A stretch of DNA of 64,000 nucleotides from Penicillus capitatus (lineage: Eukaryota > Plantae > Chlorophyta). The first letter of the stretch is position 1; every line of letters starts with the position of its first letter. Where the stretch lies: positions 805,197 to 869,196 of the forward strand of contig OZ287694.1 in NCBI GenBank assembly GCA_965649825.1. The letters run 5' to 3'. The position numbers and the translations under genes are program-made. The notes beneath the pieces are model-generated. The model was not told the DNA's origin and ran no database searches. It saw only the letters and a list, made by a program, of their open reading frames with translations. Below, piece by piece: positions 35,251 through 47,811 of this stretch.

Positions 35251-35724
35251 GGAGTGTGCCTTTGTGCTGCAAATTCTGAGAGTGTTTTTTACGTTACCGA
35301 AAAAAATCAGACTCTAGTTTTATCCTTCTGTGCTGTCTATACTTTTGGATCCGCACCAAAAATTCCGTTCGCATCCTCAAAACATTGCAGGAGGCTCCGC
35401 TTTGACGGTATGAATGTTTTTATGGTATGGACTCTGTGCCGGCTCGATGAACGTAATCTGAATCATATTGCCACACAACAACGACACAACAGCACGAACA
35501 TCACTCATCCATTTGCGTTGGATCTATGTTATGCGTCCTAAATCTTGCTGCTCGTCATTTTGCAGTCGTGATGTGTGATATCGGGTGTCAATAAGGGACA
35601 ATTGATCGGAATTCATTGACAAAGAGCATGGCACCTTGTATATCGATGACGATGTTAAGGACAATCATCAGTTTGATTAGAAATCTGCCATCCTCGAATA
35701 ACGGCGTCAAAAGAAGACATCACT

Positions 35725-36574
35725 TCAACGATCCTTCTGTTCTCCTCCTTGCTTCGCCGAGCTTTCACCAGCTGTACCCTTCTTTTTTCCTTTCTGCTGA
35801 AAAAGTGTGAGCACAAAAAGAGTGAGATAGAGGAATGTACTGGAGGATTGTCGGAGGCAATCTTGGCGGTCAGTGCAGTAGCATAGAGAGACCATGCCAT
35901 GTAAGGCACCAGCAGAGAACCGGCAGTCTTGTTCTCTTTGAAGAAAGAGGCGATCGTCGCAGCCAAGACGACATCCAACACTAAAACGCACAGCTATCGC
36001 TCTCGCTTGAGATCGAAGAGGTCATCCGACCGGCAATGTCGATCAAAGCTAGCTTTAACATGCGGGCTCCGAAAAAGAGCGGGCTCCATAGGGAGTTGAG
36101 CACCAACTGGCTTGCGTAGAGGGACAATGGCTTCTTCTGAACAGCAAAACCTAATCTCACACGTCAGCGCATTCTCACTCTTTAGACTCAGGTTACCTCC
36201 TTTTTGCCAGACGAGCCACGAAGCTGTGCCCATGCAGCCGTAGAGAACCGTCCATACTGGCCCAAATATCCAATCCTGTATATAAGTCTCCGTTTCCATA
36301 CAATCGGTTTGCGCAAAAGTCGATCTTACAGGAGGGGTCCATTTCGGTTTCTTTAGCTTTTTGTACCTAAGATGGAAGGGGTCAGGGAAAAGGATGCGTG
36401 TAGATGCGAGAAGCCTTACCAGGCCTGGACACTGCCCCTGTTGAGGTAAGCAACAAGCGAACCTTGCACAAGTGGCACTCCAATGGCGATGACCTGTCAA
36501 CCAAGCCCAAGGTCCAGCTCCGCGACGGCGACGTGTCCGGAACGGCGTCTTACGAGAGATAGATTCTGACCCAT
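35725..36574 (-). CDS. TSPO: TSPO/TspO-MBR translocator protein
   Basis: Spliced [55 protein letters not shown]. Confidence 0.92.
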
Positions 36575-37022
36575 GGGTCTCGCCAGCGACACGCTTGGTA
36601 AGGATGTGAGACAAACCGTATATGCATCGTATATAAATGATGATGCCGAAGATTGCAGAAAGAGTGAGAACTGAACGATGGTCGCAATATGTCGAACCAT
36701 CATTAAAAGGAACGTCTCTTCAACAGGAACCATCACGACTGCCAAAAAATCGCTAGCAACGTACGAGAAGAGGCATGATGTTCACTCTTTTCTGCTAAGG
36801 GTATGCAAAGTCGGCATCTCGTCGGGCTGCTTCATCATTTGTGTGACCGATGTACTTAGAGACTTCATCATGGTATCCACCGGTGGCATAGTGTGCCGGG
36901 GTCAGGGAAGGACATCAATTCTGGATCGGACACGCATCTCACAAGAGCAACAACAGTCGGCGTCTGTCAGGAAGAGCTGTCGTCAGTTGCCTTCTGCACG
37001 ACGCATCAATAGAAAAGCATTT

Positions 37023-37748
37023 TCATTCTATGCCGATCATTTCATTGCACAGCGTCTCGGCCATCGATGCAGTGCAGAAGTAGGCGTAGGCCACGTAGGC
37101 TGAAGAGAGATCCGTTCCCTTCTACCCTCTGCAAAAATACAGTAACTGCTACTGTTGCCAAGACACCAGTATTGTACCCAAGGTCACACTTTTTGGATTC
37201 ATTCTAGCAGGAGATCTCACGGAGTATCTGATAAAGCAGGGCCAGTCTTGTTTGTGTATGAAGTAGAACGATGGATAGTAAAGAAGATCCAAGTACAGCT
37301 GCGCACCATACGCGATCATTGGCCTATTTGGTTTGTCGAATCCCTGTTTTCGCATTTCAAGTGTACGAAGATGCACCTAAAGAGTGATCTCTTTATGTGA
37401 ATCGTCCATAAAGCTGTGCCCAGAGACACATAAAAGGCGATGTCTATCCGACTGAAGAAAGCTACAGACTGATGGCCATCCAATCGGCATCAAGGGAGAA
37501 AATGAGATTACAAGAAGTGCCCATTTTGGCTTCTTGAGGCCTTCTTACCATAACGATTATCATAAGTGTGAGGCACATACGATATATCTACGATGATCAG
37601 TGCACCGTTGGTCAATCTTCTTGCCGTGTACGATGTTCGCGACTGTCAACTTGATCAAGGGGGCGCTAACGCACACTGCCCCAAAAGCCCGACATTGAGC
37701 GTCGGATCGTTTAGGTGCGAGCGGCACAAGGAAAAGCCCTCGACCCAT
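37023..37748 (-). pseudogene. TSPO: Divergent tandem TSPO paralogue, probably degenerate
   Basis: Exon layout parallels the neighbour (MGRGLFL; W*EGLKKPKW; YGAQLYLDLLY; PYVAY). In-frame TAA at 37545-37547 where Tyr is expected, and no AG at the homologous acceptor. Confidence 0.6.
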
Positions 37749-38191
37749 GACGCCACAAAAAAGAATAACATGAGGTATAGAGCTATGTGTAAATGGAAGT
37801 CTAGGCGCACGTCTATCACTCTCGACCGCGTTCCGCTCTTCTATCCGTCCAGCGATCGAGATCGTCGCGGCCAAAGATCACGAAAAGACGTCCCATCGCC
37901 GTCATCCCAATAATTGAATAGAATGTCATGGATTTGACAGAGGTAGAATACGAATCGGCCAAATGTATGACAAGAAATCGAGAATCCATGAATCTGTTGC
38001 ACAAGGAATCGCAAAGGGTCTACGCATCAACCACACTTGCATAGATCTGTTCTTCTCTGTAAGAATACTGACGGATCGTTCACACATCCAACACACAAAT
38101 AAACAATCCCTCTCATTGCTGCATGCATTCTAAGGCATCGTAACAACCAAGAATGTACAGCTCCATCCATACCAATCACCAGCACGCCACT

Positions 38192-40010
38192 TTATGTTTG
38201 CAGCAGACCTTCATCGGCCAGTACATTTTTCCAGATGTGCTTTATCTTGCGCTTTGCTCTGAGTTCAATCTGACGAATCCGTTCCGGCGTCAGGCCGAAG
38301 ACCTTTCCAACAGAGAGCAGTGTCTTTGGCCGTCGATAATGCAGTTCTTCCAGTCCGTAACGCATCGTCAAAACTTGACGTTCTTGCGGATCCAGTAAGC
38401 TCAGGGCAACATCGAGATACTCCCGAATGCGTTGCTGTTTCAGAAACTCCATCGGATCGCTCTTCTCGTCTTCAATTCGATCGACGAGCGCATCACCTTC
38501 CTCGCCACTCTTATTTAAACGTTTCTTTGTTCTCTCCAATGACACAGTCCGTACGTATTTTAAGTGTTTGCGGACTTTTGTGACAGTCATTTTCGCTTCT
38601 TTGGCAATGGCTTCGAATTCTTCATCGGTGGCGGGTTTGGGGATAGAGAGCGTGTACATGGCCCGTCTGATTTTGGAGACGGTGTACTTGGCATAAGGCG
38701 TTATGACAAATGCCGTAGATTCGCGTGTCAGGCAGTCGGTCATCACACGTCGAAGACGTGGATAAGCATACGATACGAAACGGTACCCGCGTGCGGGATC
38801 GAATCCCATAACAGCTTTTGGCAAACCCTTCGGCCCCAATCCTTCGATGATTAAATCTCCGCGATGCTGCTTCGCGAACGAACCCTTGAACAAACTAACA
38901 GAAACCGCAGTTCGGTCAGCACTTTGCCAGAGATGACGCACCGAGCAGTGTAATAGACGAAGCCAGTGTTGTACTGGACCATCATGCGTTTGGCATCTTC
39001 TCCCTTGTTCAGAGTCTGTCTGACCTCCTCTGGCATTCAGAATTCAGATGCGGCGAGATGCGATGGCGGAGAGAGACCTAGTTCTTGTTCGGCGGCCTTG
39101 GCAATCGTTTCGATCGTTGGCGTCGTCCCCGTCTGCTCTCGAATCTTGTCCCGCAGCTTCATCAGAGGCACTGCTCGTTGAACGATGGTGCTCAGAAAGT
39201 ATTCTTGCTTCCTCGTCAGCAGTGGCGCCTTGGCAAACCTTTGTCCCTCTCTATACATTCATAGACAGTATGGCATCACACTTCTCACACAATGCGAAAT
39301 TTCCTACTTCGGCATGTTTAACAATCTCATTTGTAAACGCAGCGCTTCCAGCATTGACTGCTCGAGGTGCTCCGACCCCAGCGCTGGGTGCGGCGCAAAT
39401 TCGTCTTCGTCGGGTGATTCCTTAAGCAGTTCCAAGAGTTCCGGCGGGTACAGCGGCTTTTGACTTCTCTTCGTATATCGTCGATGCTTTCGTTGCCCAA
39501 CCACTGTTTCTTGCTGCAAGGCAGATGTCTCATCATATTCCATCGAAGAAAAGAGTTTTAATCTGCCGCTTTCCGACCGCTGCCACGGCTCATGCAAATT
39601 CTCACTCTCTCCCGATGTCACATCTGCCATTCCATATGCGGATTAGATCCCATCGATGATACTATGTGCATGACCTGAATCCGCTTCCACTGTGAGGGAG
39701 TCTTTAGAGTAGGGATCTGCCCGGGGATCCGTTATGTCGTCGAAGGTAGCCATCTGTCGTTTCATCACTGCATAAATAGCATCGCGAGGTACACGTTTAC
39801 CTGTCCTTCGAGGGCATCTAAATGCAAAGCGGTGTGGCGCCGCAGACCGTTGCGACGTGGCAGGGACGCGATTCTTGACGTCCACAGTTTCCCTTGCACG
39901 AGCGGCACGGCACTGGGTCGCACGTGCGTTGCTGAAACGCGCACTTGATACTGTGACGTCATCTTTACCATCAGATCACGCACGGGCGTGGACGGACACA
40001 TGGAAGGCAT
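38192..40010 (-). CDS. SIG: Nucleus-encoded plastid sigma-70-type factor (divergent; 5' exons uncertain)
   Basis: Region 1.2 LLTRKQE, region 2 DLIIEG..FDPARGYRF, region 4 VLTMRYGL..TLLSVGKVFGLTPERIRQIE. Transit-peptide-like N-terminus. Confidence 0.85.
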
Positions 40011-40045
40011 TCGGTCACGTCACATCATCGAAACTCTCCAACACG

Positions 40046-40896
40046 ATGTTGGCGTCGAGTGTTTCGCGTTCAGGCGTCGTTGCCGGACATCGACGCGGGT
40101 CGCTCTGCTCGGCGTTGCGCACTCCGAAGCTATTGGGAAGCTGCGAACGATGTTCTCTCTCGATCACTGCTCGGAGTTACGAAGCTGGGATCGGGATGTT
40201 TGGCACCAAGTGTGGCATGCGACCCTTTTACACGGAAGACGGCAGCTGCTACGGCGTCACCGTTATCGGATTCGACGAAGGAAACATCGTGGCCCAGGTT
40301 AAAACGCAAGAGTCGGATGGGTACGATGCCGTGCAAATCGGCTACCAAGTGGCCAAAGAAAAGAAAGTTAAAAAACCTGTCCGCGGTCATCTTACCAAAT
40401 ACAACTGCCCTCCCATGCGCCGCCTACGCGAATTTAAAGTGAGAACTGGCAATGAGGTCCTGACGCATGATCAATGTGCCCTCTCGTGTAGCTCAAGGAT
40501 GCCGATGTGGTGAAATCGTATGCATCGGGGCAGCAGTTAAAGGTTGAAGAACTTTTCAAAGTGGGCGATCTGGTGGACGTGGCAGGGATCACGATCGGGA
40601 AAGGCTTTCAGGGAACGATCAAGAGATGGGGTCACAAGAGAGGTCCCATGTCACACGGATCGAAGTCGCATCGAAAACACGGATCGATTTCGTGCGGAAG
40701 CGCCACGCCTAGTCGGGTGTTTCCTGGGATGAAAATGGCGGGAAACATGGGCAATAAGCGACGGAAGATACGTAAATTGGAGATCATGGAGATTGAACCT
40801 GAAGAGAAATATCTGGTCGTGAAGGGATCCGTTCCTGGAAAGCCTGGAAACGTCTTGGAGATTACACCGGCGAAGATCGTTGGCGTCAATGTGTAA
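40046..40896 (+). CDS. rpl3: Plastid 50S ribosomal protein L3 (uL3c)
   Basis: Transit peptide, [54 protein letters not shown]. One intron near 40440-40495. Confidence 0.95.
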
Positions 40897-40982
40897 TGAG
40901 ACGAACACCAATTTTGAAAGAGTGAGATCTTCGATCACAGAGATTTGTATCTGCAGTGCCTTGTCTACGTGGGGTGATACTC

Positions 40983-42259
40983 TCAGTCAGCGTCCTGCAT
41001 CTCTTTGTCGGCATCTTTGGAAGCTTCGGCGACGTCCTGCAACGGGAAGTGTGGTTAGGGTAAATGGTGCGCAGGTGAAACCGTGGATGGAACTTCAGTT
41101 TCCTGCATTTCTGATGGCAAGACGCCACTCTTGAGTGCCGCTTCCAGTTGACGCACCTCCTCTAGTGTCTCTGCAAGAATGAAACAGAAATAGAGTGAGA
41201 ACATAAGAGTGCGTCAGTTGCCTGCATTCTGTATAGCTGCTTTGATCGCGGTGAGTTGCTCAGCAGTCGGAGCATTCTTTTTGGACGACTGGACCTCCGT
41301 TTCCTTCATCTCGATGTCTTTGTCGGGATCGAACTGGTGACTCTCATCCACTTGTTGTCGCTCCTAAAGTGGCAGCCATGATAAAGAGCGACAAAGAGAG
41401 TGAGAAGTGTGTGTCGTGTTGGATTGTTGGTTCCACCCAAGGGTGATAACGCCCCTAACCAGTTACCTTTGCTTTCACCTTTGTGAAATCGAGAACCGTC
41501 AGGTGAGGTAGCAACTGCACCACATACTGCCTAACAGAGCACAAGGTCATCACTCAAACAGATCTCAGATATCGCTACCGGCCATTGAACCCAGTTTTAC
41601 GCACCGGTAGTTGGGAAGCTTTGTCACCGGATTGCCAATAAGACTCAGATGATTCAAGCTCGGCAACATGCTCAACGGATCCAGTGCCTGGAACGACAAG
41701 CACAGGGAGAAGCTACGGTTGTGGATGATGATCACGCCATTCACCTGTAACTGTTCGATCTTGTTGTTCGTCAGAATCAGCATTTCCAGAGACGGCAATG
41801 AATCTACCGTAGCATACAATGCTCGTCCGCATGCGTGAGACGTCACGTCGATACCGTGAAGATGGCGACCTATCCGAGAGATTCGATTGTTGTTCAGCAA
41901 CAGCGATTTCAATCGATTCAGTTTCGGGAATCCTTCCAGAAACACGATGGCATTGTCCGAGAAATCGATACTGTCAAACTGATCCTGGCATCCCATACGA
42001 GCGCACCTCTCGTTTCTGCTTTTTGCGGAAAGGCATCTATCTCACTTCAGTGGCTCCTAGATTTTCGATCTGTCCCAGCTTATTGCCTGCAAGGCCGAAA
42101 CGGAACTTCACGGTTCGGTAGGACAAAAGCCGAACCCCTGAGGCTGATTTCGTACTGCTGGATGCAGTTCATGTACTGAGGACTTTGCAAGATGAGTTCC
42201 GGAGTCAAGCGCCCGGCAATGCGTGGACCGACAGCCGGCGTTGCATTCACCGTCTCCAT
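40983..42259 (-). CDS. SNRPA1: U2 small nuclear ribonucleoprotein A' (intact)
   Basis: GRLTPELILQSPQYMN, LRGNKLGQIENLGATEDQFDSIDFSDN, LRR repeats, GNPVTKLPNYR, LDFTKVK. Complete ORF after splicing, including one GC-AG intron; TGA at 40983-40985. Confidence 0.92.
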
Positions 42260-42357
42260 TGTCCACGACAATAATGCGACGGACGTCCACAATGAGTTCA
42301 TCCCGTCATCGACGTCGACGGTCTTTATGTCGCAGCTTTTAGCCAAAGTCGTCCGTC

Positions 42358-42870
42358 ATGACACAGCGAAGTGGTCGCATCCATCTGCTCGAACGGCACA
42401 ACTTCGAATTTTATGACGGCGCCGTGAGCATCGGACCTTTCCGCTCGTTCGCTGCGATCGTCGGCCCCAACGGCTCCGGCAAGTCGAATATCATATACGC
42501 CATCAGTTTCATCCTGGGCGTAAAGATGGAACATCTTCGAGGGCGCCTCGAAGATCTCCTTTACGACCGAGGCAAGGCCACGCGATGCGCGGTCAACGAG
42601 CTCCAGTCCTTCGACTTGGCTTTCCCTCTCAGCTAAAAGAATATAGACGCGTTTGTCAAGGGTTTTGTCACCGAGAACATGTGACTAGGCCCGACAACTG
42701 GTCTCCGCATCGTCTGATCCATGTCCACATCGCTCAAAAAGGAAAGGACTGTGAATTCAATGATATGCAGCGAACGCCTTATCTTCAGTGCTGACAGAAC
42801 TTTGCTGTCTGCAAGGACATTGTCGAAACAGTCGAATGCTAAAGCTTTGAATCTGAAAGCCACCAACGCA
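42358..42870 (+). pseudogene. SMC1: SMC1 (cohesin) N-terminal fragment
   Basis: GRIHLLERHNF..YDG...IGPFRSFAAIVGPNGSGKSNII.AISFILG with Walker A. The ORF stops at 42636; only faint degenerate similarity continues to about 42870. Confidence 0.75.
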
Positions 42871-44343
42871 TAGGGAACAGACTCTTTAAAGAAACAGGAC
42901 AGGATGCAGACCAAAGAGAGCCATGCTCTCTCTAGCAACGCATGTCGCACAGAACGAGGCAACAATGAGACAAGGGGGTTCGCATATCGCTCCCTCAAGA
43001 AACAGACAATTAAGCAGGAAGACCTGACAATGCACATTGGATTCAAGGCACGTTGTCTCTCTTTTTCTTCTCTAGATCATAACAGTTTCGCGCGACTCTC
43101 CGCGGAACGCTCAATTCCTCCGGGATCTTTACCGGAAATACGAAGTCAAACCCTAGGAATGACATGTCTCTCAACGATGCACGGGTCTTGCGGACCTCAG
43201 TACATTTGCATAACATCTCGGCAACCAGATATTGTCCATTGGCCATGGAGGTCGGTGTTGACGTTGTTCGGTCAAGGGAAACATATGAGATGACAAGCAA
43301 GAGACCTCTTTGCCCATCTGCGACGGAGATCTGGTCGGTTGACGCAGAAAAATGTGTGATCGTAATCACAGTCGCAGACGCAGTCGCGATCGAAGAAGTC
43401 TTCTAGATCCAGAGGACAATACACGCATCGAGAGTTCCATCACCTGAACCAGAGTTCGCCTGCTTTGTGCACCACCTACACTCTTGCGTTGTTCTCCTTG
43501 TTGTACGATTCCGGCGATGGTTCTAGCTGCAACGCTGTCGCTCAACATGGTCGCGTAACGCACGTGCCGAGTTGAAAATCGATTAACGATGGACGATGCT
43601 TACACACAGCTGTCACTGCAAAGACAACATGTTTAACACAAAAGAGCAGCATCTCACATTACGATGTCACAGTCAAAAAACAGGAGAGGGCGTTCTTTGT
43701 ATCTTCTCTGTCACCCAATTGTCTAACCTCGATCCCGAAGCAGAATTGAGATACAGAGTGATGTTGAGCTCCTCGAGTTGCACAACACCAGCGGTTTGAT
43801 CTCCTCTGAGATCACTCAGCAGTTCGCTGGAGGGGCGATTGGGTGCAGCGGGAGTGACAAAAAAGAAGTAGTGCTCCGTTTCTTCGATGGCTGGATTTTC
43901 AGCCAATATGGACACGAATGTCATGGGAATTCTGGACTCGAGTGTGAGTCGAGGAGGTGATGCCACAGGACATTCTGCAGTGGCATCGACGATTTCGTAT
44001 TCATTGAGGAAAATCTTGTTGGTCCATGCATCGTCTGGGGGTTGCTGATGGGTCTTGGCGGTGTCACTCCAGCAGGTTTGTCAATCAATAGTCGAACGAG
44101 ACCTTCTGAAACTGCCAGTCCATCATCTCGAAACACGGCGGAGGCAATAATGGTATTGGATGTAAGATCGCTGCCATCGTCTCTGGCCTGTCCAGCTTGA
44201 GAAGAGAGGATTCGTGTTTTCGAGGAGCCATTTAATCCATCGGTGCGTTTTCTCCAGAACCTGAATGACCCGATAGATTCATGGATGCAATTGCTCCAGG
44301 GGCTTGGGACGAAGAAGGAGAGTCCGGTGGGGACGTCATTCTC

Positions 44344-44783
44344 TGGCCTGTTCAGAGCCTCCATGTGCAGGTCTGTGATGATCTGCATCAAACGGCAGAC
44401 CATCAACAGACTCATGCACATGGGTAGCTATGGCCTGTTGGATATAGCTACGTGCAGGTCTGTGATGATCTGCATCAAACGGCAGACCATCAACAGACTC
44501 ATGCACACGGGTGTAGCTATGTACAAGGTCTGCGATGATCTGCATCAAAGGCAGACCATCGACAGACTCATGTACAGGCCTCTTGCCAAGCATGGTCTGG
44601 CTGTCTTCGTGCGTCGTAGGCGTCTCCTCTTCTACAGGAGATGCGAGCTGGCAGGCAGGTGACCTCTTCACAGATCCATCGATATGGGGTCTGGCTCGAT
44701 TTTGCTTCTTGCACGAGAGGTGATTGGCATCTGCTTCGGTCTGGATGGCTTCAGACGAATCTGGTACGGGGTCATCGATTGGG
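44344..44783 (-). repeat. Direct repeat R2 (copy B, 3 hairpin units)
   Basis: rc of 16923-17361. Confidence 0.9.
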
Positions 44784-46895
44784 CTCGATTGACTGCTGTC
44801 CGGGTGATGGAGACGTAGGTCAGGTAGGCCACGTGACCAGAATACTCAGCAGTGCTCTCCTGGCAAAGTACAACGCGTTTTCATCGAGTGTCCACATCAG
44901 CGCCAGCCAGAAGGCAATGTAGAACGTCAGAACGGCAACGGGAACCAGCAGATGGATCACTGTTCGAATAACGGACCGAGCGGGTTCCTGTTCTGCACTG
45001 AAGAAACAGTCGATGGAGAGCACGATGCCCTCAGATGCGGCTCCACTCACAAAATCTGCCAATCGCATACACCGTAGACACCGGATCACGTCACGTCACG
45101 TCCTTACCTGCTGCCGAGAGCAACGAAAGCATCCACGTGTTCCAGTCTGCATTGATGGTCGCAGCGGCTGCCACAATTTGGAGAAAGTTGACCGTGATCT
45201 GACAGTCCAAGAGAGCGGTCAACAATGCAAGACAGGGTATGGATATGGCAGAGATGGCGCACTTTGAAGATCTCGACGATGTGGTTCTTGGCCAATGCTG
45301 GATCTTCTTTCATTCTCTTTTGGAGAGCGGCGGACATGATCAAGTCTGGATGGACGATCTCTGGCGGTACGTATCCACTCTGTAGCATTTCCACCATCTG
45401 AAAATCGACCGGAACATCCGTCACATGCTGTTCGGCTTGCACAATTGGAATCCGATTCCTTCGGCTGACTCTCGAAGCCGTGGAGGGTGTCACACGTTTT
45501 CTGGGAAGATTGCTTCGAATGGCAAAGCACAAAAGACCGAACAGCACAATCAGAGAGAGCACGAAGAGTCCAGCTGCGGCGAAATCGCTGTAACACTTGC
45601 CGCAATTGAAGGCATGTGAGCGTCCATATCCCGATTCGCACGATCCACAGAGAACACCCGTATATCCCTAGGCCATATCACTCCATTTATAGATATGTGG
45701 ACGCCAGTCAATAGAGATCACTTTTTTGCACTGTGCTTCGGTGTATACCGTGTCCAGCGTCTCGTTGTAATCACAGCTGTCCACATCCTGCGTTGCCGCC
45801 ACCAGATCCGCCTCACGCTCGGCGAAGCCGCAAGCCTCTTTCGAGAGACACTGTTGCATGTACTGCGAACACGGGATTCGGTGCCAGTATCCCTTGTCCG
45901 GGTGGATGACATCGGTCGTGCAGTTTCCATGTTCCGGACAAGGCACGCAGGCAGAGTGATTGGATTTGAAATTGCACTGCGATCCACTGCATTGCACACA
46001 GAGTGTGCCGTTCTCCTGGACAAACTCGCCAATCTGACAGCTAGCTCCGAACTTCGACTTCAATCAGAAGAGCTGGCAGTCCAGGTTCGCTGAAATTGAT
46101 AGGAATCTCGATGATCTGTCTGCGAAGACACCGCCGCCTTTAGCTTCAGCGCGGCACGCGGAGATCCACAGTTCGGAAGATCTCATACTCGATCCAGAAA
46201 GTGTTATTCCGCCTCCCGTCCTCGCCGTACAGCTCTTGATGAACACATCGATCACCGTTGCTGAACTGTTCTGCATCAAGGCCATCGACCGTCCAGATTG
46301 TGTGGCCACCTCGTCCCAAAAGCTGGCGTTGTCCACATGCAGATATGAATGTACGAGCAACAATGAACCACCAATGGATGCTTTGTTTTTTGAGAAGGAG
46401 CTCTGATGCACGTTCACGACTGAATTCTCCGAATGGATTCCACCTCCGGCTACAGTCGCCAGATTATGTCGCATTTCGCTGAGACAGATCGTCACACTGC
46501 TGTTCGCACGGCCAAAGATGCCAGCTCCGTATCTGGATCTACTGCCGTTGATGATCGATTCTTCGATTGTCAAGACACTCATCTGGTCTCCAAACAACGC
46601 TCCCCCTTGTTCACCCGCGGAGTTATTCCGAAAAATGACTTCTCTTGTACTGAATGTGGAGCCATGACTGTAAATGCCTCCACCGAGGTTGGCTGCACGG
46701 TTGGATAAGACTGTGAAGTTCTCGAGCGCAGCGCTTGCTCTTTGGTAGACACTCAGTCCTGCTCCATTGCTTGCCGAGTTCGATTCAATGCGGCATCGAC
46801 GCATGAAAACAGTCGAGTTGTCTTCATGTGCAGGACCTCGTTGCACTGCTTCGACTGGCAGAGCTTCGGAAGACTTGTGCACATTGGTGTAGATA
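44784..46895 (-). pseudogene. Pmp-like repeat gene fragment, copy B, internally deleted
   Basis: rc of 14027-16922 minus about 14820-15614. Extra AGCT duplication near 46040. Shares the frameshift equivalent to 16872. Confidence 0.75.
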
Positions 46896-47247
46896 TGGCT
46901 TGTTGAGAGCCTCCATGTGCAGGTCTGTGATGATCTGCATCAAAGGCAGATCATCGACAGACTCATGCACATGGAGTAGCTATAGCTATGTACAAGGTCT
47001 GCGATGATCTGCATCAAAGGCAGATCATCGACAGACTCATGTACGGGGATCTTAGCCAAGCATGCTCTGGCTGTCTTCGTGCGTCGTAGGCGTCTCCTCT
47101 TCGACAGGAGATGCGAGCTGGCAGGCAGGTGATCTCTTTACAGATCCATCGATCGGATCTGGCTCGATTTCTTCGTGCACAAGAGGAGATTGGCATCTGC
47201 TTTGGTCAGGATGGCTTCAGACGATTTCGGTGCAGGATCATTGATGG
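46896..47247 (-). repeat. Direct repeat R1 (copy B, 2 hairpin units)
   Basis: rc of 13675-14026. Confidence 0.9.
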
Positions 47248-47811
47248 TGCTTAACTGGTGGAGCTGGCGCAGTTGAGTGGCATTTTCAAAATCGGCTGGA
47301 ATGGCTTTGACAGACTTGGCTGCAGAACCAAGGCAGGTAGCATTCCACACTGATCAACTACCAAGATGAACGTAGATCCTGCAAATATTACCGTTAGTCA
47401 TTCGTCATGAGCCATCGTAATCTTACCGATGTCAAAGTCCGTGCTCAGCACGAGTGGGGGACCGTCGAAGGGCGCGGAAGGGATCCGAGGTACCTCGGCC
47501 ATTCTTCTCGACAGCCGCGCGGCCAAGCGCTTTTCTGAGGCGTCTCTGACCGCGCGCGTCGTTGCACCATAGGGTGCCAGGCTGAACTGTGCGGCACGTC
47601 TTCGGCTGAGGCCGCGTAGAACAACGTGAGCCTCTGACAGAGGCTCAGATGGGATCGCAATGAAGATGCGGCGGCGACTGCGTCTCGACGGAAATGCTCA
47701 GCGGGAGTTCGCAGTCGCGAGAAAGAAAGAACAAGCGTTCGGAGAATGGATCGAAAGGCTCGACTTCGCTGTCAAATACCCGGATGGTGAGGTGACCCCT
47801 GGGCAGGATGA

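Noticed and set aside
37545-37547. Non-standard genetic code (TAA/TAG = Gln, as in some ulvophytes) to explain the TSPO stop
   Set aside because: Conserved genes here end at TAA or TAG at their expected C-termini (EF-Tu, rpl3, HCF244, OEP80, APH1), so the standard code applies.
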